A stretch of DNA of 64,000 nt from an uncultured Christensenella sp. (lineage in GTDB: Bacteria > Bacillota > Clostridia > Christensenellales > UBA1750): the NCBI GenBank assembly GCA_948468595.1, contig CAOKIU010000006.1, positions 2,527 to 66,526 on the forward strand, read 5' to 3'. Shown one piece after another: positions 9,408 to 18,164 of the stretch. The stretch's first letter is position 1, and every line of letters starts with the position of its first letter. The notes under the pieces are model-generated. The model had not been told where the DNA came from, ran no database searches, and worked only from the letters and a program-made list of their open reading frames with translations. The translations under genes and the position numbers were made by a program.

Positions 9408-9842
9408 TCAGGCGGCCATGCGGAGGAACAGATACCCGATGACCGGGCCCGCGAATATGGCCAGATAGATCAGCGTGATCCACGGCTGATAGTCCACATA
9501 GAATTCCCGGAACGACAGACGCCACGGGTGCTTGATGAGCACCCAGCCGATTAAGTCAAACACGATGCATACGCCCGCCCACACAGCGCCGGCAACCAGC
9601 GCCGCCTGGAGCGACGGCTCGGCAAGGCCGCGCATATAGAGCCAGCCAAAGAGCGAAAACAGGAGGATGTTATACAGCGGATGCCACGGCTTCGTCCTCT
9701 CGTAGCCCTCGCCCATGCTGTTTTCGTCCATGGGCCGCATGTGCAAAACGCGGATGTTAAACACCGTGTGCAGGACGCCCACTAAGGTGACAAGGACATA
9801 GCATACCCAGAACCACAGCATGGACATTGCGAAATTCTGCAT
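9408..9842 (-). CDS. small polytopic membrane protein, unknown function
   Basis: 144 aa, four hydrophobic segments, co-oriented 52 nt downstream of the CaCA exchanger gene. Confidence 0.6.
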   Translation of the reverse strand: MQNFAMSMLWFWVCYVLVTLVGVLHTVFNIRVLHMRPMDENSMGEGYERTKPWHPLYNILLFSLFGWLYMRGLAEPSLQAALVAGAVWAGVCIVFDLIGWVLIKHPWRLSFREFYVDYQPWITLIYLAIFAGPVIGYLFLRMAA

Positions 9843-9894
9843 GGAAAGAAGCCCCTCTTTCTGGATCGATTAGCGGCCTTGCGGCCCGTGGCCG

Positions 9895-10860
9895 TCAGCC
9901 GAAAAAGCCCGTGCACGACAGCGCGATATAGGCGGCGTAGAGCAGCAGCATGGCCACGCCCTGCCAGCGGTGGAACCTGCCCGTAATCAGCGTGGGCAGC
10001 AGCGCCACGCCGCCCACCAGGAGGCAAACGGGCAAGTCCACATGCCCGGTCTGGGTGGAGACCATCAGCGTGCCGCCCGAAATGATGGAGCAGACGGGCA
10101 GGATGAGGGTCAGGTCGATGATGTTGGCGCCGATGATGTTGCCCACCGAGAGCGAGGCCTCCCGCTTGATCAGGGCCGTTATGGTGGTGACGAGCTCCGG
10201 CAGCGAGGTGCCGATGGCAACCAGCGTGATGGCGATGATGCGCTCGGGCACGCCCAGCATCAGCGCCAGCACCTTGCCGTAGTCCACCAGAAGCTGCGCC
10301 CCCACCACGATGCCGATCACGCCCAGCACGAATTTGAGCACGTTGAGCGCGACGACCTTTTTTTCCGGCCGCTCGCGGCGCGCGCCGGAGCGGTCCAGCG
10401 CCATGCCGCGCTTGGCCTGGCGGAGGTTATCCAACATGGAGACGACAAAGATGGCAAAGAGCAGAAGGCTGGCCGTCATCGAGAGCTGGCCGCCCCAGCA
10501 GAACGCCAGCAGCAGCGCGGTGCTCAGGAGCATGAGCAGCGACTTGAGCAGATAGTCCCCCCGGCGAATGGCCATGGGAATGCACATAAGCGAGATGCCC
10601 ATAATCAGCCCGAGATTGGCCGTGACAGAGCCGATGGCGTTGCCCGCGGCGATATCCACATCGCCCGCGCTGGTGGCCATGGCCGAAACCAGGAGCTCGG
10701 GCAGCGTCGTGGCGAAGCTGACGATGGTGGCCCCCACGATGAACTTGGGGATGCCGGACTCCTCGGCAATCCACGATGAGGCGTCCACAAAGTAATCCCC
10801 GCCCTTGACAATGAGCAGCAGCCCCAGGGCAAACAGCAGAACCGGTACAAAAAACTCCAT
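9895..10860 (-). CDS. CaCA-family cation/Ca2+ exchanger (YrbG-like Na+/Ca2+ antiporter)
   Basis: Start moved to ATG at 10860 (MEFFVPVLLFALGLLLIVKGGDYFVD...); two alpha-repeat motifs (GNAIGS, GNIIGAN) and ~10 TM segments. Confidence 0.8.
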   Translation of the reverse strand: MEFFVPVLLFALGLLLIVKGGDYFVDASSWIAEESGIPKFIVGATIVSFATTLPELLVSAMATSAGDVDIAAGNAIGSVTANLGLIMGISLMCIPMAIRRGDYLLKSLLMLLSTALLLAFCWGGQLSMTASLLLFAIFVVSMLDNLRQAKRGMALDRSGARRERPEKKVVALNVLKFVLGVIGIVVGAQLLVDYGKVLALMLGVPERIIAITLVAIGTSLPELVTTITALIKREASLSVGNIIGANIIDLTLILPVCSIISGGTLMVSTQTGHVDLPVCLLVGGVALLPTLITGRFHRWQGVAMLLLYAAYIALSCTGFFG

Positions 10861-10904
10861 CTTTTTCTCTCCTAAAATCCGTAATTGAGTCAGTACAGTA
10901 TATA

Positions 10905-11035
10905 CGCAAAAAGACTTACGCATAACGCTGGCATCATGCATAAGTCTCATTGTTTAAGACAAGCCAGGCCGGCCGAGCGCCGGTCAGGATGTTGACTTGC
11001 CACGCGGTCGCCCGCGCCAACTACTCCCCTATGAT
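10905..11035 (-). promoter_or_regulatory. candidate yybP-ykoY (Mn2+) riboswitch with terminator expression platform
   Basis: RNA reads CAUAGG-GGAGUAG...AUGAGAC-UUAUG. That gives the GGGGAGUAG motif 12 nt after the predicted TSS and GAGAC just before the 3-prime strand of P1. The P1 3-prime strand overlaps the 5-prime arm of a 12-bp terminator hairpin (AGACUUAUGCAU/AUGCGUAAGUCU) followed by UUUUU. Confidence 0.5.
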
Positions 11036-11047
11036 CAAATCGTATCT

Positions 11048-11076
11048 AGTTTAACCACTTGGACGCGAATTGTCAA
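11048..11076 (-). promoter_or_regulatory. sigma70/SigA-type promoter for the riboswitch-exchanger transcript
   Basis: On the minus strand: TTGACA, 17 nt spacer, TAAACT. Confidence 0.6.
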
Positions 11077-11238
11077 CGCCTTTGCGGCGCGGGAGCGTCC
11101 CTGGGCAAAATAAAGGGTGAAATGCGGCGGAGGTTGTGGTATACTGGCGCTGCGGACAAAGAATAGCATGGGCCGGCGCCGTCAAAAGGGGGACCGGCCC
11201 TCCATTAAAGAGAGCGAAGGAATCAGGAGGATGCGTGT

Positions 11239-13551
11239 ATGCTTACGGAGATGTCCAACGAGCTGAGAGATGCCGTGTGGGTGCGCGCGGCGGGAATGGG
11301 CGCGGGCGCGCGCGACCGGGCGCAGGCGGCGATCTTCCGCCTGGAGGTGACGCTGGGGGCGCGGGTGAGGCGCGCGGTCATGCGCATATCCGCCGCGGAC
11401 CGCTATCGGTTTTATGTAAACGGACAATCCGTTCTCTGCGGCCCCCGCAAGGGCGATAAGTGGAACCGGTACTACGAAACGGTGGATCTGGCGCCCTACC
11501 TCATAGAGGGGGAGAACTACCTGACCGCGCGCGTGGTCTCCTATGCCTTTGAGAGCACCGCCACCGCGCAGAACGCGCCGCTCTCGGTCTATGTGGCGGA
11601 GGTGGGCGCGGCGCTGATGTGCCGGGGGGAGATCGAGCTGGAGGGTGGCGGCGCGCTGCCCCTGAGCACGGGGGAGGCGCCCTGGACGGCCGGGGCGGAC
11701 GCCTCCTTTTCCCTGGACAGCACGGGCGCATTTTACGTGGGGGCGACCGAGCGCTTTGCGGCGGCGCGCTGCCTGCCCTGGCGGCGCAACGCGCCCCTGG
11801 GCCTAGCGCGCGCGGAGGAGTACTTCGCCTCGGGCATCAATTCCTACGGCGAGTTTTCGCCCTTGCAGCTCAAGGCGCGCGCCATTCCCAACATGGCGGA
11901 GGAGCGGATGGACTTTGCCGGGCAGCTGCCCAACCTGGAGGGCGAGGGCGGCTTCCAGTTCGAAGGGGGCGTGGCCGTAATCCCCGCGCACACGGCCAAG
12001 GCGGTGGAGCTGGACGCGGGCGTGCTGCGCACGGCGTATCTGCGCCTGGCGGCAAAGGGCGAAGGCGGCAGGGTGCGCATCGTCTACGCCGAGCGCTACT
12101 TCCCCAAGGACGCGGGCGCAAAGAAGGGGCCCATGCGCCGCGACGACCGGGAAAACGGGCGCATCACCGGCTTTTTTGACGAGATTGAAACCGCGCGGGA
12201 GGAGACCGTTTTTGAAAACTTCTGGTTCCGCACCTTCCGCTATGTGCGCATTGAGGTCGCGGCGGGGGAGGAGCCCGTCCTCCTTCGCATGCCGGACTTC
12301 ATTCAGACGGGCTATCCGCTGGCGGTTGCGGCGGACCTGCGCTTCCCGGACGCGCGCATGCAGCGCCTGTGGGAGATCTCCTTGCATACGCTGCGCTGCT
12401 GCATGCACGAGACGCACGAGGACTGCCCCTATTACGAGCAGCTCCAATATACGCTGGATACGCGGCTGCAAATGCTCTTTACCTATGCCGTCTCCGGGGA
12501 TACGCGCATGGCGGAGAACGTGCTGTGGGACTACCACTGTTCCAGGCTGCCGGACGGGATGCTGCAATCGCGCACGCCCTGCACGCACACCCAGGTCATC
12601 CCGGACTTTGCCATCTATTGGATCTTCATGCTTGAGGAGCACTACGTGCAGACGGGCGACGACCGCCTCCTGCGCTTCTACCGGCCCACGATGGACGGGG
12701 TGCTGGACTATTTCGATCGCCACATCGGCGCGCAGGGCCTGGTGGAGAACCTGGGCTACTGGGAGTTTGGCGACTGGGTGGAACAATGGGACGGCAACGA
12801 AGGCACGCCCGACGCCACCTACCGCGGCCCCGCTGCGCTGCACAACCTGACCTACGCCCTGGGCCTGCGCGCGGCGGCGCGCCTGATGCGCGTGCTGTCA
12901 AGGGAGGCGCAGGCCCAGGAGTACGACGCGCGGGCGGACGCGATCTGCCGGCAGGTGAAGGCGCTCTGCTTTGACCAGGAGCGGGGCGTGCTGCGCGAGG
13001 GGCCGGGGTTTGACCAGTACACCCAGCATGCGCAGGCGCTGGCCGTGCTTTGCGGCGCGCTCCAAGGCGAGGAGGCGCGGGAGGCGATGCGCCGCGCCAT
13101 GGGCGATGAAGACATGCTCGCCTGCACGTTCCCCTGGCAATACACGCTGCTGCGCGCGCTGGAAAAGACGGACCTTTACGACCTGACCCAGCCGCTGTGG
13201 GAGCAGTATTTCTCCATGCTGGACCGGCGCTTGACCACCGTGCCCGAGCGGCCGGGCGAGACGCGCAGCGACTGCCATGCCTGGAGCGCGCTGCCGCTTT
13301 ACGAATACCCGCGCATGCTGCTGGGCGTGCAGCCCGCCGCCCCCGGCTGGGCGCGCATCCGCGTGCGGCCGCACGCGGTGGGCATCGACCGGCTGAGCGG
13401 AACGGTGCCCACGGCCAAGGGGGATGTGCGCGTGAGCTGGCGCAAAGAGGGCGGCCGGATGCATGTGGAAGTGGAGGGGCCGGACGTTCCCCTGACCGTT
13501 GAGGCCAACGCGAGGACCTACGAGGCGGAGCATGGGCGGCTCTCCATCTAA
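11239..13551 (+). CDS. alpha-L-rhamnosidase-like glycoside hydrolase (GH78-like, six-hairpin catalytic domain)
   Basis: N-terminal rhamnosidase-type motif RISAADRYRFYVNGQSV...G, central HEDCPYYEQLQYTLDTR motif, 770 aa; neighbour of rhaA. Confidence 0.65.
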   Translation: MLTEMSNELRDAVWVRAAGMGAGARDRAQAAIFRLEVTLGARVRRAVMRISAADRYRFYVNGQSVLCGPRKGDKWNRYYETVDLAPYLIEGENYLTARVVSYAFESTATAQNAPLSVYVAEVGAALMCRGEIELEGGGALPLSTGEAPWTAGADASFSLDSTGAFYVGATERFAAARCLPWRRNAPLGLARAEEYFASGINSYGEFSPLQLKARAIPNMAEERMDFAGQLPNLEGEGGFQFEGGVAVIPAHTAKAVELDAGVLRTAYLRLAAKGEGGRVRIVYAERYFPKDAGAKKGPMRRDDRENGRITGFFDEIETAREETVFENFWFRTFRYVRIEVAAGEEPVLLRMPDFIQTGYPLAVAADLRFPDARMQRLWEISLHTLRCCMHETHEDCPYYEQLQYTLDTRLQMLFTYAVSGDTRMAENVLWDYHCSRLPDGMLQSRTPCTHTQVIPDFAIYWIFMLEEHYVQTGDDRLLRFYRPTMDGVLDYFDRHIGAQGLVENLGYWEFGDWVEQWDGNEGTPDATYRGPAALHNLTYALGLRAAARLMRVLSREAQAQEYDARADAICRQVKALCFDQERGVLREGPGFDQYTQHAQALAVLCGALQGEEAREAMRRAMGDEDMLACTFPWQYTLLRALEKTDLYDLTQPLWEQYFSMLDRRLTTVPERPGETRSDCHAWSALPLYEYPRMLLGVQPAAPGWARIRVRPHAVGIDRLSGTVPTAKGDVRVSWRKEGGRMHVEVEGPDVPLTVEANARTYEAEHGRLSI

Positions 13552-13609
13552 GGGGCGGCGCTGCGCATGCGGGAGAATCCCATCCAAAGGTGAACGAGGA
13601 GGAGAGAGC

Positions 13610-14416
13610 ATGAAACTATCCATTTCAACCCTGGGCTGCCCGGACTGGGACTTTGCGCGCGTGGTGCGCGAATTTGCGGCCCTGAAGGTGGATATTGAGG
13701 TGCGCGGCATTGACGGCGAGATGGAGGCGGAGCGCATCGCCCGCTTCGCGCCCGGCAGGGCGGAGGAGACCAAGGCCCTCCTTGCGCGGCATGGACTGAG
13801 CCTGGTGGGGTTTGGCACCTCCTGCCGCTTCCACGACCCGCTTCAGATGGAGGAGAACGTCCGCGCGGCCGAACGCGCCATCGACGTTTGCGCGCGCATG
13901 GGCATCCCGTGGATTCGCGTCTTTGGCAACGACATCCCCGATCCCTCGCGCATGGCGGAGACCGCCGCAGCGGTCTGCCAGGGCCTCAAGCGGGCATGCG
14001 CATACGGCGCATCGCGGGGCGTGGGCGTAAACCTGGAGGTCCACGGCGACTTCAACACCCGTCAAGCCCTCAAGCTGGTGGCGGACGAAATGGCGGATGT
14101 GCCGGGCTTTGGCATCGTTTGGGACATCGAGCACAGCGATAAGACCTGCGGCGACGACTTTCTGCCCTTTTATGAGGTCATCCGCCCGCTGGTGCGCCAC
14201 GTTCACGTAAAGGACTACCTCCGCGGGGAGGGGGGCGCGTTCACCCTCTGCCCGGTGGGCCAAGGCGATATCCCGATTCGGGCCATCCTCGCTAAGCTCC
14301 GGCAGGACGGTTACGACGGGTACTTCTCCTTCGAGTGGGAGAAGAAGTGGGTGCCCAGCCTGGACGAGCCCGAGATCGCCTTTCCGGCGTTTGTAAACTA
14401 CATGCGCGCGCTGTAG
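13610..14416 (+). CDS. sugar phosphate isomerase/epimerase (xylose-isomerase-like TIM barrel)
   Basis: GGAGGAGAG before ATG 13610; MKLSISTLGCPDW start, IRVFG, NLEVHGD, HVHVKD, FSFEWE motifs. Confidence 0.75.
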   Translation: MKLSISTLGCPDWDFARVVREFAALKVDIEVRGIDGEMEAERIARFAPGRAEETKALLARHGLSLVGFGTSCRFHDPLQMEENVRAAERAIDVCARMGIPWIRVFGNDIPDPSRMAETAAAVCQGLKRACAYGASRGVGVNLEVHGDFNTRQALKLVADEMADVPGFGIVWDIEHSDKTCGDDFLPFYEVIRPLVRHVHVKDYLRGEGGAFTLCPVGQGDIPIRAILAKLRQDGYDGYFSFEWEKKWVPSLDEPEIAFPAFVNYMRAL

Positions 14417-14432
14417 CGGGAGGGGAAGCGGT

Positions 14433-15233
14433 ATGTGGAAGGGCACGGCCCTGGGAATGCCCTCCCTGCTGGAAATGGAGGACCTTGCCGCCCTGGCGGG
14501 CCTTTGCGGGGAATTGGGCCTGGACTTTGTGGAGCTCAACGCCAATTTGCCCGCCTGGGCCGACCCAAGCGGCGTTTCGCGGGCGGCGCTCCGGCGCGCT
14601 AAGCGGGACAACGGCATTGCGTTTACCCTGCATCTGGACGAGCGCATGGATGTGTGCGACTTCAATCCCCTGGTGGCACAGGCGCATCGGGAGACCGTGC
14701 GCCGCGCGCTGGAGCTGGCGGCGGAGGCGGAGATGCCCATCCTCAACCTGCACATGAATCCCGGCGTGTACTTCACCCTGCCGCAGGGCAGGGTCTACCT
14801 CTACGAGCGGGAGGGGAAGCGATATGAGGACCGCCTTTGCGCGCTGCGCGACCTGGTGGAGCGCGAGGCGCCGGACGGCCTGACGGTGTGCGTGGAGAAC
14901 ACCAGCGGCTTTCGCCCCTTTGAGCGCGAGGGCGTGGAGCTCCTGCTGCAAAGCCGCCGTTTCGGCCTGACGCTGGACGTGGGGCACTGGCACGCCACCG
15001 GAGGCGCGGACCAGGCGCTGTACGAGGCGCACGCCGGCCGCATTGCGCACATGCACCTGCACGACGCCCTGGGCAGGCGCGATCACCTGCCCCTGGGCCA
15101 AGGGGAGGCGGACATAAGCGCGGCGCTAGCCCTGGCGCGGTCTTGCGGCTGCCGCGCGCTGATCGAGGTCAAAACGGCGGAGGCGCTGCGGGCGTCCGTC
15201 GCGGCGCTGCGGTCCGCGGCCCTGACCCGCTGA
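14433..15233 (+). CDS. sugar phosphate isomerase/epimerase family protein (TIM barrel)
   Basis: LNLHMN, VCVENT, LTLDVGH, HMHLHD metal-ligand style motifs; 17 nt after the previous gene. Confidence 0.7.
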   Translation: MWKGTALGMPSLLEMEDLAALAGLCGELGLDFVELNANLPAWADPSGVSRAALRRAKRDNGIAFTLHLDERMDVCDFNPLVAQAHRETVRRALELAAEAEMPILNLHMNPGVYFTLPQGRVYLYEREGKRYEDRLCALRDLVEREAPDGLTVCVENTSGFRPFEREGVELLLQSRRFGLTLDVGHWHATGGADQALYEAHAGRIAHMHLHDALGRRDHLPLGQGEADISAALALARSCGCRALIEVKTAEALRASVAALRSAALTR

Positions 15234-15240
15234 ATGGAGC

Positions 15241-15835
15241 CCCCGGCGCGCGGCCCATCCCCTAAACGAAAAGGAGGCCAAACGCCGCCAAAAGAGAGGC
15301 AGGCCGAGAATGCGTGTGCGGTCCCCGGGGAATGGGAGCAAAACAGCGCGGCCTCATCCCCACGATGAAAAGGAGGCCAAACGCCGCCCAAAGGGGGCGG
15401 GCCGCGAATGTGCTTGCAGCCCCCGGGGAATGGGGGCAAAACAGCGCGGCCTCATCCCCTCAATGAAAAGGGGGGCCAAACGCCGCCCAAAGGGAGTCGG
15501 GCCGCCAATGCGCGTGGGGCTCCCGGGGAATGGGGGCAAAACAGCGCGGCCCCATCCCCTCAATGAAAAGGGGGTCAAACGCCTCCCAAAGGGGGCGGGC
15601 CGCGAATGCGCGTGGGGCTCCCGGGGAATGGGGGCAAAACAGCGTGGTCTCATCCCCGCGATGAAAAGGGGGGCAAACGCCGCCCAAAGAGGGGCAGGCC
15701 GAGAATGCGTGTGCAGCTCCCGGGGAATGGGGACAGAACAGCGCGGCCCCACCCCCTCGATGAAAAGGGGGTCAAACGCCGCCCAAAGGGGGCGGGCCGC
15801 CAATGCGCGTGCGGCCCTGGGAAGCGGAGGAAGAA
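15241..15835. repeat. tandem array of six 98-100 bp units, plus a degenerate unit at about 15868-15960
   Basis: The anchor CAGCG(C/T)GG recurs at 15344, 15442, 15542, 15640 and 15739, with a partial unit from 15241. Each unit carries CCCCT-N8-AGGGG and CCGCCC-N5-GGGCGG hairpins. Confidence 0.9.
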
Positions 15836-16272
15836 CGTTGGAAGCCTGCGATCCGCGCCTTTGAGCTACGGCCCAGTGCCCCGGCGCGCGGCCCCGTCCC
15901 CTCGACGAAAAGGAGCGAATCGCCGTCCGAAGAGAAGGCGAGCCGCTGATCCTTCCCCGCCCGCAAGCGTCGGCAGAAGCGAAACCGAGAACGGAATCGA
16001 CGCGGCCGCAGGCGAAAACAGCGGCAATCCGGAACGGGATGACGGGGACGCGGCGCCGGCCGCCCCTGTAGCCTGCGGCGGGGCCCTGGAAGAGGGAGAC
16101 GCGCCGGACGTCGAATCGGCACGGGTCGTCGGCGATCGGGCGCAAACCGCCTTTAGTCGTTCGCGGAGATCTTTGCGGCACGTCCGGCGCGAGCAGCGGG
16201 AACGAGCGCAACGCGGCCTAGCCGGGCAGGACGTGGAACGGGCAGCGTCCGCCCCCTTTGCGGAACGCATAG

Positions 16273-16306
16273 AGAAGCCCCGGTACCGGCCGGTACCGGG
16301 GCTTCT
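16273..16306. terminator. perfect palindrome/hairpin just downstream of the K+ channel gene
   Basis: AGAAGCCCCGGTACCGG/CCGGTACCGGGGCTTCT; no U tract. Confidence 0.45.
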
Positions 16307-16319
16307 GTCGCCTGCGCGG

Positions 16320-17042
16320 CTATTTGTCGCTCCTTTCGCTGTTGATCGCGTCCATATATCCCGCGGTGATGACGCCCGCGGGAAGGGCCACGATCGCTAT
16401 TCCGAAAACGGAAGAGATCATCGTGATGACCTTGCCCGTAGTGGTTACGGGGTAAATATCCCCGTATCCAACGGTGGTTAATGAAACGGTCGCCCAATAG
16501 ATCGCCTCAAAGAACGTTTCAAAAGTATCCGGCTCAACATTGAAGATCACAAGGGCCGAAATCAAAATATACGCGACGGCCAATGTGCAGACGGCCATCA
16601 AAGGCTCTTTTGACCTTTTGAAAACCCCGATGACAATTTGAACGCTTTTTGAATACCGGAAAGCCTTAAACACGCGAAAAACCCTTAGCGCGCGGATCAT
16701 GCGCAGGACGCGGAGCATTTTCCAGCCGCTGTTGAGCAGCGTCACCGATGGCAGGATCGATAGCAGGTCAACGATGGCCATAAACGAAAACGGATAGCGG
16801 AGGAAGGAAGTCACGCCTTTTTTCGAAAACTTGTAATCGGCGGTGGCAAGCCGCAAGAGGTAATCAACAGAAAAGACGCACACGCATGTTTTATCGATGA
16901 TTTGAAACAGCAGGTTTTCGGACTTGAAGGCAAGAGGGACGAGGCTCAAGGCGATGAGGACGAGCATGAACACGTCATATATGCTGCTGAACCGGTCGCG
17001 CCCGTTGGATAGTTCGATGATTTCGTATATGCGCTTTCGCAT
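16320..17042 (-). CDS. voltage-gated-type ion transport protein (K+ channel, 6-TM architecture)
   Basis: Start moved to the ATG at 17042 (MRKRIYEIIE...). TTVGYGD selectivity filter and an S4-like RxxRxxRxxRxxR segment (LRVLRMIRALRVFRVFK). Confidence 0.8.
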   Translation of the reverse strand: MRKRIYEIIELSNGRDRFSSIYDVFMLVLIALSLVPLAFKSENLLFQIIDKTCVCVFSVDYLLRLATADYKFSKKGVTSFLRYPFSFMAIVDLLSILPSVTLLNSGWKMLRVLRMIRALRVFRVFKAFRYSKSVQIVIGVFKRSKEPLMAVCTLAVAYILISALVIFNVEPDTFETFFEAIYWATVSLTTVGYGDIYPVTTTGKVITMISSVFGIAIVALPAGVITAGYMDAINSERSDK

Positions 17043-17278
17043 TAACCAAAGCCCCTTTCGCGCCATCATGACCAATCGGCCGTTACGCGGCCTGCGCACC
17101 GACCTTTAACGCGATTATACCGCAAAAAACGCGCCAAAGCAAAGAATGATGCGGATGACGGACGCGCAAGAAGAGCGAGCGGCGGGAACCCCCGCCGTTT
17201 CTGCGGATGGGGCAAGCGAGGCCGCGCCCAAGAGCGCTCTTCTGAGCAGCAAAGAGGAAATACCCCATCAACTGGAAT

Positions 17279-17734
17279 TTAGACGCCTAAATACTCTTCG
17301 CAACGGTATCGTTTATTCTGAACGTCAAATGTCTCCATGTATGGAATGCCGTCACGGTAGAGCCACCGCTCAACAAACAACGGTTTGATAACAAACAGCC
17401 GTTCATTCTTCAGTGACGAGTAAGCATCAAATGAGCCTTTATAACACTGTTGGTATAAACTGCAAAACTCGTCATGGTCCAATGGATGGCATTTTTCTTC
17501 ACATATGCCTTCTATTTGGATATTATCGATACACAAGGCAACGTTTTGATTGACGGTAAGCTGGCGGTATTTTCTCAGCTGTGTATCGGTCTGGAAAAAG
17601 AATTCGTCGTTGATGCGGATCACGCTCATCATTCTTGACGATACTATGTTATTTTCGGATGTGGAAAGAACCATTTTTCTGCCTTGTCCAAATTCCGTTA
17701 GAAATTCATTGTATTTTTCAAGAAACGAATTCAT
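17279..17734 (-). CDS. pyridoxamine 5-prime-phosphate oxidase-like FMN-binding family protein
   Basis: 151 aa, split-barrel-like pattern (MVLSTS...SRMMSVI...FFFQTD...K..QL..N..VAL); markedly lower GC than the surroundings. Confidence 0.5.
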   Translation of the reverse strand: MNSFLEKYNEFLTEFGQGRKMVLSTSENNIVSSRMMSVIRINDEFFFQTDTQLRKYRQLTVNQNVALCIDNIQIEGICEEKCHPLDHDEFCSLYQQCYKGSFDAYSSLKNERLFVIKPLFVERWLYRDGIPYMETFDVQNKRYRCEEYLGV

Positions 17735-18091
17735 TTTAACACTCCTAAATGTCGATTTGCCGTATGATTATGGACAGAGTATATCACGATTGGATTCGGA
17801 ATTCAACACGCCTTGATCGGCGCTGATCGTAGCTATAGGCAGGGCGAAGGGACATGCCCGGCGCGGCTCGCTGCCGGCCGCGGATGGCGTGCCCCCTCGG
17901 AGAGCACACAACAAGCCCGCACGGAGACATGGGCCGCCCATGCGACTGTGACGATGGCCCAAAGGGCGATGAGTCCCAGCGCCGACAAAGTGGCGGACTG
18001 GGTTCGCTTAACGCGCGTTTGCAGCATCACTCGGCCCAATTAGAATGCCTCTCCCCCAAAGACTACGGCTTTGCCCGCGCTTTAAGGCCGC

Positions 18092-18121
18092 TTGACAGGG
18101 CGAGGAGCGCTCCTGTATACT
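18092..18121 (+). promoter_or_regulatory. sigma70/SigA-type promoter
   Basis: TTGACA, 18 nt spacer, TATACT, 43 nt upstream of GTG 18165. Confidence 0.55.
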
Positions 18122-18164
18122 GTGACGAAACGACGGCGCGATTGCGGTTAAGGAGGAAAGTGGA

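Noticed and set aside
15241-15960. CRISPR array hypothesis for the tandem arrays at 15.3, 45.5 and 59 kb.
   Set aside because: The units are contiguous and mutually similar over their full length. There are no unique spacers between short conserved repeats, and no cas genes are in the window.
15310-16211. ORFs 15310-15864(+), 15354-16211(-) and 15606-16481(+) inside the 98-100 bp tandem array.
   Set aside because: Their peptide sequences are simply periodic read-outs of the DNA repeat (…KRRPKGAGRECA… repeated). They have no start context, and every frame is open because the repeat lacks stops.
17833-18039. 68-codon minus-strand ORF (TTG start) with one hydrophobic segment in the GC-rich gap upstream of the PNPOx-like gene.
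   Set aside because: It has only a weak ribosome-binding context, a non-ATG start and a Pro/Arg-rich tail, with no recognisable family. High-GC spacers readily give such ORFs, so it is not reported as a feature.
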